A program made the translations under genes and the position numbers. A stretch of DNA of 64,000 nt from Leptospira sp. Its GTDB lineage: Bacteria > Spirochaetota > Leptospiria > Leptospirales > Leptospiraceae. The stretch covers positions 96,001 to 160,000 of the forward strand of contig JAWXAQ010000030.1 in assembly GCA_034439575.1 (NCBI GenBank), in the 5' to 3' direction. Below are positions 10,366 through 21,396 of the stretch, piece by piece; within the stretch, counting starts at the first letter, position 1; the number at the start of each line of letters is the position of its first letter. The notes beneath the pieces were generated by a model. That model saw nothing but the letters and a program-made list of their open reading frames with translations, was not told the origin of the DNA and searched no databases.

Positions 10366-11721
10366 TTAATAACTATGCGCGGGGTGTGAACCTAAAATGG
10401 CAACTGTCTGAAAATAAATTCGATATTCTCGAACTTCTTGAAAATCTTCTTTCGAAAAATCTTGTATATAGCGCCGCTCTAGCGAACCACGAATTTTTCC
10501 AAATTCAGAACTATGAAAAGTCATTTGCAAGGATTGTGCTTCAATCGCATTTTTTGCTGGAGTGCCATCCTTGTTTGTCAAACTTTTATCTGTTAAATAA
10601 TCGTATCTAAATCCCGCAGACCATAGTTGATGAAATTTGTATTCGGCGAAAACATAATAGCCCCATTGGTCTTTTGAAGGAGTCTTTTTTGTGAGGTATG
10701 TAGTACTATCGATTGTGTCGGGAAATATTTCTTGTTGGTACCAAAACTCAGAAAGTAACATCACTTCCCGTAGATTAGATTGATTCCAGCGAAGTACACC
10801 ATCTAATCCGTATAGATATCTTTGGTTCCGTCGGTTTGTAGTAGGTTCAAATCGTACGCCAGAAAAACCAAACTGTGTTCCCCAATTGTTTCCAAAATAA
10901 TAAAAATGTTTGAGATGCAAATAACCCATAGGATTATTTTTTGCTTCACCTTCGGTATGAGTATGTCCCCACTTCTTTCCGTTAGTAGCACCTATGACCA
11001 ATTCTTGCGTAATTTTTTTCCATGGAAACAAAATGCTAAATTCAGCACCGGTATCCATAGCAGATTCCCAACCTATAAATTTTTCGTGAACAATAGGTGT
11101 CATAGTAAATGCACGATCATGGGAATGAATTTTATTTAAACGGCCAATATCTAAAAACATCTGGCCGACTTTAAGTGAGGTGTTAAATGGTAAAAATGGA
11201 AATTGGACCCAAGCTTCATGAACTTCATAATAATACTTTCCATTTTCACCGTGTGCAGCAGCTAAAAAATTACCACGTAACCACTGATCTACGGCACCAG
11301 AAAATCCAAATTCTGCAGTTCGAATATCCAGCTTATTATTGATACGCTCGCTAGTTCCGCGTGGTTTATTTCTATCCCAAGCACCTACGATGTCTATGGC
11401 GACAGAAACATCCATCATTAGATTCTGAGATGACCTATTGACTTGGTTATTTGATTGAACCGGAGAAGTAGTTCCTCGGGAACCCTCTGAACCTTTACTT
11501 CGATTTTCTTGATCTTTTAGGTCTTTTTCCAGTTCATCTTCCCAAGTATTTGTTTTACTGGCTGGACTTACTGATTGGGAAACTTTATTTTTCGGTTTAT
11601 TATCATCGTCTAACTCTGCTTCCCATTTCGAAGTTTGTGCAAGCAGTATAACAGAAAATAGAGTAAGGAGAATGAAACTCCCTACTCTTAAAAATTTGGA
11701 AAAGAAAAAAAAGACCATCAA
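10366..11721 (-). CDS. Outer-membrane beta-barrel, zinc-uptake-associated His-rich porin/receptor
   Basis: Signal peptide, alternating beta-strands, 'EVHEAW', 'GRLNKIHSHD', 'GHTH', C-terminal 'GSHPAHSY'; lies in the metal ABC operon. Confidence 0.75.
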   Translation of the reverse strand: MMVFFFFSKFLRVGSFILLTLFSVILLAQTSKWEAELDDDNKPKNKVSQSVSPASKTNTWEDELEKDLKDQENRSKGSEGSRGTTSPVQSNNQVNRSSQNLMMDVSVAIDIVGAWDRNKPRGTSERINNKLDIRTAEFGFSGAVDQWLRGNFLAAAHGENGKYYYEVHEAWVQFPFLPFNTSLKVGQMFLDIGRLNKIHSHDRAFTMTPIVHEKFIGWESAMDTGAEFSILFPWKKITQELVIGATNGKKWGHTHTEGEAKNNPMGYLHLKHFYYFGNNWGTQFGFSGVRFEPTTNRRNQRYLYGLDGVLRWNQSNLREVMLLSEFWYQQEIFPDTIDSTTYLTKKTPSKDQWGYYVFAEYKFHQLWSAGFRYDYLTDKSLTNKDGTPAKNAIEAQSLQMTFHSSEFGKIRGSLERRYIQDFSKEDFQEVREYRIYFQTVAILGSHPAHSY

Positions 11722-11734
11722 TAATCTTCTTTGA

Positions 11735-12487
11735 TTATAGAATTGAACCAGCTATGCCAATATTCGTAGAATATATGTTAAGTGATTTGATCGTAGCTTT
11801 ATTAATTTTTAATGCAATGCGATCCCCTGAAAAGTCAAATCCAGAAAGAGATGCTTCTTCGAATCCATATGTTCCGCGGGTCACAGAAGAACATTCTCCT
11901 TCCCATCCAAATATATGAGCCCCATTTTCATTGTGCACCTCTAAACAAAGTGTTTTTTCTTGAGATAATGAAGACGCCCATGAGCCAGCTCTTCCGCCAA
12001 GTGATGATGTTGCCCCTGTTGCTAATTTCTTTTTAATTTCACTGGGTGTGATTTGAAATGTTGGACCCGAGAAGCTGGTCGTTGAAGGCAATATAACATC
12101 GATTGTAGAATCGCTCGCAGCCAATACATAAGTGATTTGAATGCTCGCTTTTTTCTCACCACCAGTGCTTGATAAACTTGAAGAATCTCTAATCAATGTT
12201 GATGTGTCACCAGTTCCGACGATCCCACCTAACAACTGAACATTGGATGCAGTAAATCCAGCTAATTTTAGGGCTGCAGCAGATGGGCCACTACACTGAG
12301 TAAAATCGAATCGCGTACCATTTGTAGGTTGAGCAGAAATGGATGTTCCCGCAGAACAAACAGCATTATTTGAAAGTGCCAAAAGAAGAGTTTCAGCTGT
12401 TTTATCTTCTTCTTCTTTTTGAAACAATTCAGCACAATTAAAAGTAAAAAGTAAGGTTATAGAAAAAAGTAATAAATTTTTAAACAT
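11735..12487 (-). CDS. Hypothetical lipoprotein, first gene of the metal-uptake operon
   Basis: Lipobox 'FTFNC', AAGGAG RBS, Ser/Thr/Gly-rich. Confidence 0.75.
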   Translation of the reverse strand: MFKNLLLFSITLLFTFNCAELFQKEEEDKTAETLLLALSNNAVCSAGTSISAQPTNGTRFDFTQCSGPSAAALKLAGFTASNVQLLGGIVGTGDTSTLIRDSSSLSSTGGEKKASIQITYVLAASDSTIDVILPSTTSFSGPTFQITPSEIKKKLATGATSSLGGRAGSWASSLSQEKTLCLEVHNENGAHIFGWEGECSSVTRGTYGFEEASLSGFDFSGDRIALKINKATIKSLNIYSTNIGIAGSIL

Positions 12488-12510
12488 AAATATCTCCTTT
12501 GGTCAGGTAA

Positions 12511-12561
12511 ACGCAACACAATTGCAAATGCAACAAAGTTTTATTTGCAACACTGTATTAT
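12511..12561. promoter_or_regulatory. Three tandem 17-bp Zur/Fur-family-like boxes
   Basis: ACGCAACACAATTGCAA (12511), ATGCAACAAAGTTTTAT (12528), TTGCAACACTGTATTAT (12545); consensus ATGCAACnnnGTTGCAT; directly upstream of the metal-uptake operon. Confidence 0.7.
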
Positions 12562-12582
12562 TTAGAAAAATATTTTAGGTTT

Positions 12583-13584
12583 CTATGCCAACAAATATTT
12601 AGCGTTTTTGTATAGGATTTTTGCCTTGGCAGTATCGGAAATAGGCAAATTTAACAGATTACAAATGGGGTGTGAAACATTATAAGGAATGTTTGGAAAA
12701 TCAGAACCAAAAAAAATACGATCCTGGAACCTATCTAATAAAGGAATCGCAAAATCTGTATTTTCACCCGTAGCCAAAAAATCCACAAACACCATAGTGG
12801 TATCCAGATACAAATTGGAAAATTCCTCCAGTAGTGCCGCATAACCTTGAATTTCATGTGCACCCATATGAGCGATGATCACTTTCAGATTTGGATATTT
12901 CTTTATAAATGGATAAAAAAATTGTAAGCCTGTAAATTCTCCAGGTTTTGGAGCAGTGCCAGTATGTATAATGATGGGAATTTGACATTCTTGCAAATAA
13001 GAAAATGTCGGAGCTAATTCTCGTTCGTTGAGATCAAACTTACCTACTTCACAGTGAAGTTTGAATCCTTTAAATTCGTAAACTTCAACTGCTTTTTTCA
13101 CATAATTTAGAGTATCCGATTCAGGATAAAATGTCCCGAAGGGAATGGCTCCTATCCAATTTTTGTAATTATTAAATGTCCAATCGTTTAACCAGGATGC
13201 CATTTCCTTCTTATGAGCATAATTTAATGTTGTAAATTGGTAAATTTTATTTCTATGTAGAGATTCAATTCTATGTTCTTCCGAAAATCTGTAAGCGATC
13301 GGCCAATTCACCCCATCAAACCAACGCCAAATCAATTTCATTACAAATTCTGGAAAAAAATGTGTATGAATATCAATGATATGCGGAATATTCAACTTCT
13401 CTAATAAAGGAAGGTGAGGAGGAATGTCTTCATCTGTAATTGGAGGAAATGATGATTTATCTTTCCATTCAAAAGGAGATTTCAGACGAATGTCTGCTTG
13501 ATTAACAGTTAAAGGAAATTCATCCTTGTTCTGACCGAAGCAGGCAAAACAAGGATGAATCGATTCAAAAGGAGAAAATTCCAA
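12583..13584 (-). CDS. Amidohydrolase family protein (Amidohydro_2)
   Basis: 'IDIHTH', 'GFKLH', 'IHTG', 'IAHMG', 'FGSDFP'. Confidence 0.9.
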   Translation of the reverse strand: MEFSPFESIHPCFACFGQNKDEFPLTVNQADIRLKSPFEWKDKSSFPPITDEDIPPHLPLLEKLNIPHIIDIHTHFFPEFVMKLIWRWFDGVNWPIAYRFSEEHRIESLHRNKIYQFTTLNYAHKKEMASWLNDWTFNNYKNWIGAIPFGTFYPESDTLNYVKKAVEVYEFKGFKLHCEVGKFDLNERELAPTFSYLQECQIPIIIHTGTAPKPGEFTGLQFFYPFIKKYPNLKVIIAHMGAHEIQGYAALLEEFSNLYLDTTMVFVDFLATGENTDFAIPLLDRFQDRIFFGSDFPNIPYNVSHPICNLLNLPISDTAKAKILYKNAKYLLA

Positions 13585-13596
13585 TCGAATATTTTC

Positions 13597-15354
13597 TTAG
13601 GCGTGAACTAAAGTTTTTTTCTTTCCTCTAATTTTCGTTAGATTGGATTCAATAATCGCAGAACTATCTAATATATAGTTATTTGTTAAATTCTTTCTAT
13701 GTTCACGACGCTCGACTTTCGAACGGCCTATGCTTCTTTCCAGAAGTAAACTAACATGAAATCTGGCTGCGGATTCCACAACTTCAAATGCTAATTCATC
13801 TCTCAAACCACTTGTGTCGATTTCTGTGAATTCTTTGACTACTGTTTCAAACTTGGAAAATAAATCTTTCAATTCACTAGATACGGTAAATTGATTCATT
13901 TCTTCATTTAAATAGGCTCTAAAGATTCCTGACTCTGACATACCAGAAACAATACCACCAATGCAAGCAACAGTTTGTAATTGAGTGGTACCTTCGTAAA
14001 TATTCGTTATACGAACATCTCGAAAGATTCTCGCTACATCATAATCTTCTGTATATCCCGCTCCGCCGTGAATTTGTACTGCATCATAAGCTACAGTATT
14101 TGCGAGTTCTGTAATATAGTATTTTGAAAGAGGAGTGAATAAACCTGCAAGTTTTTCCCATTTTTTGAAAGATTCATCTTTTCGAATGTCTTTCTCTGAG
14201 ATACCATTCATTTTGCCTCGTTCTTCTTTCCATCGGTAAAGATCTACAGCACGACTTGCTTCATATAGAATACAACGCATACCAGCTACTTCGCGTTCCA
14301 TACGATCTAACATTTTTTTAACAGCAGGAATTTGTTCTATAGGTTTGCCGAATTGAATGCGCTCAGAGGCATATTTTTTTGCTTCAAAATAAGCGGCAGT
14401 TCCGATGCCCATGGCTTGTGCTGCAATATTTAACCTTGCTTGGTTCATCATGGCCATAGAATATTTTACAAGTCCTTTGCCCTCATCACCAATAAGGATA
14501 CCAGGACTATTTTCAAAAACCACTTCGCAAGTCGGAGAACAATGTAATCCCATTTTTTTCTCAATGGATGCTACAAATACATCCTTTGAGTGAACTAGGA
14601 AAAAGGAAAGTCCACGAGCGCCACTTGTTGTAGATCCAGTTCTTGCAAGTGTTAAGATGATTGATGGGATTTCGTTGAAACCACAAGCATGAGTTATGAA
14701 TCGTTTCGTTCCAGTGATGCGCCAAACACCATCTTCGCCTTTGATAGCTTTTGTCTGTAAATTTGGTAAATCTGAACCGTAATTAGGTTCCGTCAATGCC
14801 ATCGCCCCACACAATTCACCAGCGGCCATTTTAGGAACATATTCATGAATCATTTCATCAGTTCCAAATCTTTCAACAGTTTCGGCTAAATTCATACATC
14901 CGAGTGTAATGGCAAGTCCACCATCTGCACGAGACACTGCTTCAGATAACATTGATTGTACGACAGATGGTAATCCTAGACCACCATAGTGTCTGTGAAT
15001 TCCATAAGGTAATAGACCCGCTGATTTAATCTTATTAATTACATCCACCATTTCTTTTGGAAATGTAACTTTGCCATCTTTGTATTTTAATCCCTCTTCA
15101 TCCATAGTTTTGGCAACTTGGGAAATTTCTTTTCCAGAAATATCACCAGCAGCTTCCAAACTTTGACGGTAGTATTCGATAGCATCTTCATAATTTCCTG
15201 GCGCATACGCCAATTCTTCTTTTCCGTTTTTTTGGTATGTAGCAAAGTCAGAAAAATTATCTTCATACGCTTCAACGATTTCATTCCAATTCGTTATCGA
15301 ATCAAAATGATCTTTTAAATCTTCATTATCACTAAAATAATTATTTATAATCAT
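13597..15354 (-). CDS. Acyl-CoA dehydrogenase
   Basis: '[12 protein letters not shown]', 'GTKRFIT', 'EKKMGLH', 'QFGKPI', 'QIHGGAGY', 'IYEGTTQLQ'. Confidence 0.95.
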   Translation of the reverse strand: MIINNYFSDNEDLKDHFDSITNWNEIVEAYEDNFSDFATYQKNGKEELAYAPGNYEDAIEYYRQSLEAAGDISGKEISQVAKTMDEEGLKYKDGKVTFPKEMVDVINKIKSAGLLPYGIHRHYGGLGLPSVVQSMLSEAVSRADGGLAITLGCMNLAETVERFGTDEMIHEYVPKMAAGELCGAMALTEPNYGSDLPNLQTKAIKGEDGVWRITGTKRFITHACGFNEIPSIILTLARTGSTTSGARGLSFFLVHSKDVFVASIEKKMGLHCSPTCEVVFENSPGILIGDEGKGLVKYSMAMMNQARLNIAAQAMGIGTAAYFEAKKYASERIQFGKPIEQIPAVKKMLDRMEREVAGMRCILYEASRAVDLYRWKEERGKMNGISEKDIRKDESFKKWEKLAGLFTPLSKYYITELANTVAYDAVQIHGGAGYTEDYDVARIFRDVRITNIYEGTTQLQTVACIGGIVSGMSESGIFRAYLNEEMNQFTVSSELKDLFSKFETVVKEFTEIDTSGLRDELAFEVVESAARFHVSLLLERSIGRSKVERREHRKNLTNNYILDSSAIIESNLTKIRGKKKTLVHA

Positions 15355-15442
15355 AAAACTCTCCTAAATAGAGTAAGGCTTTTATCAAATTTATCTTGAT
15401 TGCAATTGATAACAAACAAATTTTTTTGCGAAAATTGGTTCG

Positions 15443-16975
15443 TTATCTAATCTTTTCCGACTGTTCTGAAATTTCCTGAATCTGATCTTGAAGTGTTCGA
15501 GTGTTATTTGCCACCAATTGCACTGCGTCTTCAATACTTTGGGCGGCTCTCATTACTTCTTGGTTACCAAGACTTTGTTCTTTCGCGATAATTTCTAATT
15601 GAGAAGAAAGTTCTTTCAGTTCACGCTGTGAAGAAACGACTCGGGCATTAAGGTTTTGCATTTCAATGATTTTAGCATTAAATTTCTTTACACTATCTTC
15701 GATATGCTGAAGTTCTCTTTGTTGGTTGTCTGCCATCTCAGAGGCATTAGCTGCCGATCGATTTCCAATTTCTAAATCGGATCTAGATTTTAATATCGTC
15801 TTTGAAATAATACTCGCGTTATTTGCAGAATTTTCTGCCAATTTTGCAACTTCTTGCGCCACAACAGCAAAGCCTCTTCCATGTTCACCAGCCCGAGCCG
15901 CCTCAATAGATGCATTTAACGCGAGTAAGTTTGTTTGATCGGCGATTTCTTTCATGATTTGGTTTACATCTTCGACTTTTTGAAAGGAACCTCTCACTTC
16001 ACCAAACGCTGCATTAAGTGAAGACATGGAAGCTGTCACATCTGCACTAAAGCTAGATGATTGGTTGATTTGTGAACCAATTTTTTCTATTTGATTTCGG
16101 ACTTCTTGGACAATGGAATCCAATGTTACACTTTCTTCATTTAGTTTTTCTATTTTGTAATATTGGTCTTTTACAAATTGAGCAGAATTTTCTGTTGATT
16201 GGGAAATTTCTGTTAAGGAGGCGCTAATTTCTTCTATGGATGCTGCTTGTGATTGAATTTGCAAATTGAGTTCTTCGGTGAATGATTTAAGTGAAACTAC
16301 AGAAACATTTAATTTCTCTGCAATTTTTACCATATTTGCCTTTTGGTTCTCAACTATATTTGCATGTTCGTCTGATTTTGTTTTCGCATCCATAGCCTGA
16401 TCTCTAACGCTGATTAGGAGACCAACAATTTGACTCATAGCATAAGTTGCCATAAGTAAAAATATTACTTTTACGATTTCAATAGGAAGTGAAACTGCAT
16501 GGGCCAATTGGTGGGTGTCAGGTCTGTCGACAAATTGAATTCCCATTTTGTATGCAATGATTAATGCGAAGATATCCAATGTTGTTATCAGTGATCCTAT
16601 TAAAATGGTACACTTTTTTGAGAATAAAAATCCTGAATAAAGAATCACAAAAAAACAAATCGTATAATTGATGCCTAATTTTAAACTAGCAGCTGTGAGG
16701 TCAATGTCGATAATACTTTGGCCAATGACGCTGATGGAAGTAAGCAAGACATCTAATAAAAGAAAATAAAACGCATACGGTTCTTGACTTTTTCTAATTC
16801 GAAACCATTGAACAAATGCGGCTATACCATACATGACAGTGCAAAAAACCATGATGCTAAGTTGGTCAATTCGAAGTGAACCTAACGAAGATATGATTCC
16901 TAAGGTGTATATGACAAAAAGCATAATACGAATCGAATTAATCGTTTTTGCTGCGTTCTTTAGGTAATGATCCAT
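15443..16975 (-). CDS. Methyl-accepting chemotaxis protein with multi-TM N-terminus
   Basis: MCP signature '[37 protein letters not shown]'. Confidence 0.95.
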   Translation of the reverse strand: MDHYLKNAAKTINSIRIMLFVIYTLGIISSLGSLRIDQLSIMVFCTVMYGIAAFVQWFRIRKSQEPYAFYFLLLDVLLTSISVIGQSIIDIDLTAASLKLGINYTICFFVILYSGFLFSKKCTILIGSLITTLDIFALIIAYKMGIQFVDRPDTHQLAHAVSLPIEIVKVIFLLMATYAMSQIVGLLISVRDQAMDAKTKSDEHANIVENQKANMVKIAEKLNVSVVSLKSFTEELNLQIQSQAASIEEISASLTEISQSTENSAQFVKDQYYKIEKLNEESVTLDSIVQEVRNQIEKIGSQINQSSSFSADVTASMSSLNAAFGEVRGSFQKVEDVNQIMKEIADQTNLLALNASIEAARAGEHGRGFAVVAQEVAKLAENSANNASIISKTILKSRSDLEIGNRSAANASEMADNQQRELQHIEDSVKKFNAKIIEMQNLNARVVSSQRELKELSSQLEIIAKEQSLGNQEVMRAAQSIEDAVQLVANNTRTLQDQIQEISEQSEKIR

Positions 16976-17049
16976 TCTTCATATTGGTTATAAAGTAAAC
17001 ATTCTGACAAGCGATTAGTCGTTTCCTAGATACATTCTGCCCAAGCGCA

Positions 17050-17133
17050 ATGCAACTAAGTTGCAAAAATTGTTTGACGAAAATTCATACAATTTCATAA
17101 TGCAACCAGATTGCGTTTGCAACATAATTGCAA
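17050..17133. promoter_or_regulatory. Three Zur/Fur-family-like boxes, same motif as 12511-12561
   Basis: ATGCAACTAAGTTGCAA (17050), ATGCAACCAGATTGCGT (17100), TTGCAACATAATTGCAA (17117); a TTGACG -35-like hexamer lies between boxes 1 and 2. Confidence 0.75.
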
Positions 17134-17154
17134 AGAAGGGAAACAGGTCGCATA

Positions 17155-17670
17155 ATGTATATATATTTAGGAGATAAAAAAATCAAAGTCTATGAGAATC
17201 ATCTTAAAAAAGGTGAACCATTGGATGTCAAATTTACCCTTCCCCCAGCGTATAACACGAAGAAATTTTTAAAGAAAAATGATATCAATAAGGGTCTTGT
17301 CATTTTATCAACTCTTCCGAATATCAAATCCAATGAATGTTCGACTCAAGTATTGGATTTGGAAACAGAAGTGAATGCCAGAAAATTAAATGCAAAAATA
17401 TTTCATATTGCTTGTGATTGTCCAAATCATTGGGATGAAGTAAAACAACTCCATCCATTCTTAAAAGCGAAAGGATATACTTTTGAATTGGCCAATCAAA
17501 ATGATATAGAAAATTTCAAACAAACATTAGGTGTTGGAGTCTATGGCTCTAAACGAATAGTCCATGGTCTTTTTGCTTTTTTGGATGGAAAACTATTATC
17601 TTCTTATATTCCAAAACAACAATATGGAACTCCGAATGTAAAAAAATTTCTAAATTCATTGGATATTTAA
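17155..17670 (+). CDS. Divergent Tpx/peroxiredoxin-like thioredoxin-fold protein
   Basis: 'LSTLPNIKSNECSTQ' fits the Prx PxxxT/SxxC loop; 'IACDCP' aligns with Tpx ISxDLP. The ATG at 17155 is preferred because the ORF-track start lies inside an operator box. Confidence 0.6.
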   Translation: MYIYLGDKKIKVYENHLKKGEPLDVKFTLPPAYNTKKFLKKNDINKGLVILSTLPNIKSNECSTQVLDLETEVNARKLNAKIFHIACDCPNHWDEVKQLHPFLKAKGYTFELANQNDIENFKQTLGVGVYGSKRIVHGLFAFLDGKLLSSYIPKQQYGTPNVKKFLNSLDI

Positions 17671-17680
17671 CGAATATTAC

Positions 17681-17712
17681 AGCTTAATACATTGATGAAA
17701 ATGTATTAAGCT
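17681..17712. terminator. Inverted repeat between convergent genes (probable bidirectional terminator)
   Basis: AGCTTAATACATT-gatgaa-AATGTATTAAGCT, perfect 13-bp arms. Confidence 0.6.
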
Positions 17713-17721
17713 TGATTCTAA

Positions 17722-19293
17722 TTATTTATTTTTATTTCGCCAATTGTTCCATTCTGATTTTGTTCTGAAATGTTCACCTGTTATTGCAGTTAACGCATAG
17801 TAGGTGATTTTTCTTTTATCCGCATTATCTGAATTTAGAATTTCAAAAAGTAAAGGTAAGGATTCTTTGTTTTTTAATTTCGCGATTTCTTCTAGTGCTG
17901 GTCTAAAAACATCAGGATCGTTTGATTTTGCATACTTCTCGATGACAATTCTTGCAGAATCATTTTTAATTTGGCCTATGGCGGATAAAATTTGAGGAGC
18001 CATCTTTGGTCGATTTGACATAAACGCTTCAAGAGTAGCGAGAGAACTAACTTCCGCTATCGCACCTATCGCTTCCAATGCAAAAGAAACAAGTTTCGGA
18101 TCTGAATCATTTAAGGCAGCTTCCAAATCGGGAAGCGCTTCTTTGGCTCCTAAAATTCCAAGTGACCATGCCGAGCCATATCGTCCTTCTTTAGATTTTG
18201 AAGTTAGAACTTTCCGTAAAACAGGGATAGATCCTTTATCACCTAACCAACCAAGGGCTTCGGCAAACAAATCTCTTTCGGGAGTAGACTCAAGGATTAA
18301 CATTTGTTCTATTTTTTCTCTTCCTGGTTTATACTTTTGACGCCCTACGATTTTTGCAGCACTACCCCAGGCAAATTTTTTGTCAGAATTTAAAAAGCCA
18401 AGTGCCTTTTCTCCTGCCTCAAGAGAAGGGATTTCTGACAGAACATCAGTTACATACATTCGAGTTTCAGATTCATCGATGGCGAGAAGTGGAAATACTA
18501 AGGATATTGCTTTTTTATCTCCAATTTCTATCAGAGCTTGTGATGCATTTTCTTTGCCTTTGGAATAAGGGTGTTTCAAAGCACGAACTAGGATTTCTAC
18601 AGCTTTATAGCTTTTGATCCGGCCTAGAGCTAAGTAAGCTGCCGCTAAGGTCGGACTCTCATCTTGAACATCGGTTAATTTTATAAGGTATGATTCAGCC
18701 GATTTAACTTTAAGTTTACCCATTGCCATGGCAAAATTTTTATCTTTCTCGCGATCTTTATTTTTTAAAGCTAGCGCGAGTATAGCAGATCCTTGGCTTT
18801 GCGCATTGATTTGAACTAATGTATCTACGGCAATTAAGCGAAGTGTGGCATCTTCTGAATTCAAAAGAGGTGTTATGTGGGAGCCTGCACTTGGATCTTT
18901 CATTCTTGCCAATGCGTCTAAATAAACTTCTTTCGGATTTTCTTTATCCGATCCAAGTAACAAAGCGATAGTTTCGGTTGATTTTTTATCCGATAACTCT
19001 CCGAGCGCAATTGCAGCCCCAGCTCGCACACCTGGCTCTTTATCTTTTAAAAAGGATCTTAGTTTGGGGATACTTGCTTTTTCCTTTCGACTGCCTAATT
19101 GGATGGTGGCTTGAGAACGTATAAATACATCTTGGGAATCTAATTGTTTTAAAAGTTCTGCGCTTGAAATTTCTTCTTCGTTCATTTCTTCTGGAACCGA
19201 ATTTTGTGGTTCAGGTTTTGGTTCACAGTTTATCATAGTAAATGTGCTTAGTGCGAGAGAAAGTACCAAAAGAATTTTTATTTGTTCATTCAT
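17722..19293 (-). CDS. HEAT-repeat lipoprotein
   Basis: Lipobox 'TMINC' after the ATG at 19293; many HEAT/PBS-lyase-like repeats (e.g. 'VRAGAAIALGEL'). Confidence 0.85.
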   Translation of the reverse strand: MNEQIKILLVLSLALSTFTMINCEPKPEPQNSVPEEMNEEEISSAELLKQLDSQDVFIRSQATIQLGSRKEKASIPKLRSFLKDKEPGVRAGAAIALGELSDKKSTETIALLLGSDKENPKEVYLDALARMKDPSAGSHITPLLNSEDATLRLIAVDTLVQINAQSQGSAILALALKNKDREKDKNFAMAMGKLKVKSAESYLIKLTDVQDESPTLAAAYLALGRIKSYKAVEILVRALKHPYSKGKENASQALIEIGDKKAISLVFPLLAIDESETRMYVTDVLSEIPSLEAGEKALGFLNSDKKFAWGSAAKIVGRQKYKPGREKIEQMLILESTPERDLFAEALGWLGDKGSIPVLRKVLTSKSKEGRYGSAWSLGILGAKEALPDLEAALNDSDPKLVSFALEAIGAIAEVSSLATLEAFMSNRPKMAPQILSAIGQIKNDSARIVIEKYAKSNDPDVFRPALEEIAKLKNKESLPLLFEILNSDNADKRKITYYALTAITGEHFRTKSEWNNWRNKNK

Positions 19294-19436
19294 AAACTTA
19301 TCTAAATGATAAAACGTAGGTTTGATTTGTAAATTCCAATAATCAAAAGATATTGTTTGGCTCAAAAATAAAAAAACGTGAGCCCTTACTACAAGTGCCC
19401 ACGTTCTATAGCGTTTTGGTTCTTATGTGCTAAAAC

Positions 19437-20114
19437 TTAGCTTTTCGGAACTTGACTTCTTACATCTTCCAAAACAGAAAGTTCTTTTTTCCAGAGAGAA
19501 ATATCTTTCTGTGCATTGATCTTATCATTTGCATTCGGCTGATTATTTTCCATCCAATATTCAACCATCTGAATTCGAGATTGAAGTTCATTGATCTTGA
19601 AATCAAAGTAGGCTCTCTGTTTTTCTGGTGCTGGTTTTTTAGGCTCTGCTCCAGGAGTGGAGCCAACTTCAGCCCATTTATTTTTAGATAAATCTGCGGC
19701 AATGGATGCGTCCATAGCAGTAAAATCATCTAATGTTTGTGCTGCGGCTTTCTCTTCAGCCTCTGTTCGAGTTGGTCTCATTTCCCTTGGAATATAAAAA
19801 TTTTTCGGATATTTAGCCGCAAATTCTCTCCATTCTTCTTTAACCTTTTCTTTACGATCCGGTTTTCTTTCTAAGGCAAATGGCCAAAGAGTTTCCGCCT
19901 GGCCGAGCTCTTCATCTTCAGGAGTTGGAGCATCAGCAAATTCAGGATCATCAAACAAAGACTTGGCGGTCGATCGAATCGATCTATCCTCATCACTTAA
20001 ATTATTGTTCTTTGTTTCTTTTTCTTCTTTGCCACCGCTAAAAAGAAAAAAGGTTACAAAGACTAGAGCCAAAAGCCCTAGTCCTCCAATTATCCATTTG
20101 TTACGATCTGTCAT
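19437..20114 (-). CDS. Membrane-anchored helical hypothetical protein, partner of the SGNH hydrolase
   Basis: Single N-terminal TM helix, charged helical body; starts 16 nt after the hydrolase stop. Confidence 0.7.
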   Translation of the reverse strand: MTDRNKWIIGGLGLLALVFVTFFLFSGGKEEKETKNNNLSDEDRSIRSTAKSLFDDPEFADAPTPEDEELGQAETLWPFALERKPDRKEKVKEEWREFAAKYPKNFYIPREMRPTRTEAEEKAAAQTLDDFTAMDASIAADLSKNKWAEVGSTPGAEPKKPAPEKQRAYFDFKINELQSRIQMVEYWMENNQPNANDKINAQKDISLWKKELSVLEDVRSQVPKS

Positions 20115-20130
20115 AATTGTTCCTCAAGTC

Positions 20131-21396
20131 TTAAGCAAATATTGATACAACCCAAGAAATTGCCTGACCGAAAATGTTTTCAGTTAGGAATTTTTTAAGA
20201 TCAACTGGATTTCTATTGAGTGAATCATAATACCATGCAGTGTATTCGCTCACTTGCGGAATTGTATATCCATAACGAGAGTTAATTGCTTTAATTAACT
20301 CATTCGCAAATACAGAATGACCAAACATATTTGGGTGCACACCATCTAAACCAAAAACACCTGGTTGGTTAGGAAGTGGCCAATTCGCACGAGCATTACC
20401 TGGTGTGTATCCCGTTGAACTTCTGAGTGGTCTGCCGTTTTCTTTCATGTCATCAAAAATTACTTTCAAATCAGCAACGGCAAATCTCATAGTTGCACCT
20501 TGCGCTTTGATTTCATTGTTAAGCATAGTTAGGAAATTTGAAATCGTTGCGATTTCGGTCGCATCTAAAACTTGGTTCGGATCAGAAACGGATCCTCTAT
20601 AAAAAGCTTTAAGTCCAGAATAATTGGCACGACCATTTGGATCAGTGTATCTTTCTAAAAATGCGATAGCCGTTACGTTAGGAATCGTAAATAGAACTCC
20701 ACCTTTCAGTGAACCCATAACAGACATTCTGCGGAAAAATTCACGAATATCTCTTTTGTATCTTGCTTCATCTAAACAATCCAATGATGTATGAAGAGCA
20801 GTACAAAGAACATGGTTTGCACCCGCTGTTCCAAATAGGAAAGTTGGTTTCACTTTTTCCATGATTTGTGTTTGGGTTCCAGCATCACGAAGTCCGAATT
20901 GGTGGAATTTGTCTGGTTCTTTGCAATCTTGAACAGTTACCCAACGGTAAGTGTAATGATACCAAGTTCTCCAATACCAATCTTTCTCTTGTTTGGTGGC
21001 AGTGATGTCTTCACATTTTCCGGATGTGCGAAGTAAAGTCGTATATTCAGCGCCAGTAATACCAGCATGCGAAGGCAGAGAAACGGTAGCTTCATTTCCC
21101 CCGATAATTGATGAGGCAATACAGAAAACACCGCAATCCCATTTCAAAACATCTTCTAAGTTTACATAAGGGCCTTTTAATACATTATAAGAAACCGAAG
21201 CGCCTGCTTGTTTCGATACGAGGACAGGATAGGCCCAATCTTGGGTCTTTTTTTCGACAGTAACACCGAAAAATCCATGACTAAGGGAATCCCCAACTAC
21301 ACCCACTTTTTGGAACATTTCTGCTTTGGTTTGTGACCAAACCGGCATGGTTGAAATTAGGGCGAAAAAACTCCCTATTGCGATGATTTTCTTCAT
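20131..21396 (-). CDS. Secreted SGNH/GDSL hydrolase (lipase/esterase)
   Basis: 'GDSLSHG' block I, 'GAN' block III, 'DGVHPN' block V; signal peptide after the ATG at 21396 with a GGAGG RBS. Confidence 0.85.
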   Translation of the reverse strand: MKKIIAIGSFFALISTMPVWSQTKAEMFQKVGVVGDSLSHGFFGVTVEKKTQDWAYPVLVSKQAGASVSYNVLKGPYVNLEDVLKWDCGVFCIASSIIGGNEATVSLPSHAGITGAEYTTLLRTSGKCEDITATKQEKDWYWRTWYHYTYRWVTVQDCKEPDKFHQFGLRDAGTQTQIMEKVKPTFLFGTAGANHVLCTALHTSLDCLDEARYKRDIREFFRRMSVMGSLKGGVLFTIPNVTAIAFLERYTDPNGRANYSGLKAFYRGSVSDPNQVLDATEIATISNFLTMLNNEIKAQGATMRFAVADLKVIFDDMKENGRPLRSSTGYTPGNARANWPLPNQPGVFGLDGVHPNMFGHSVFANELIKAINSRYGYTIPQVSEYTAWYYDSLNRNPVDLKKFLTENIFGQAISWVVSIFA

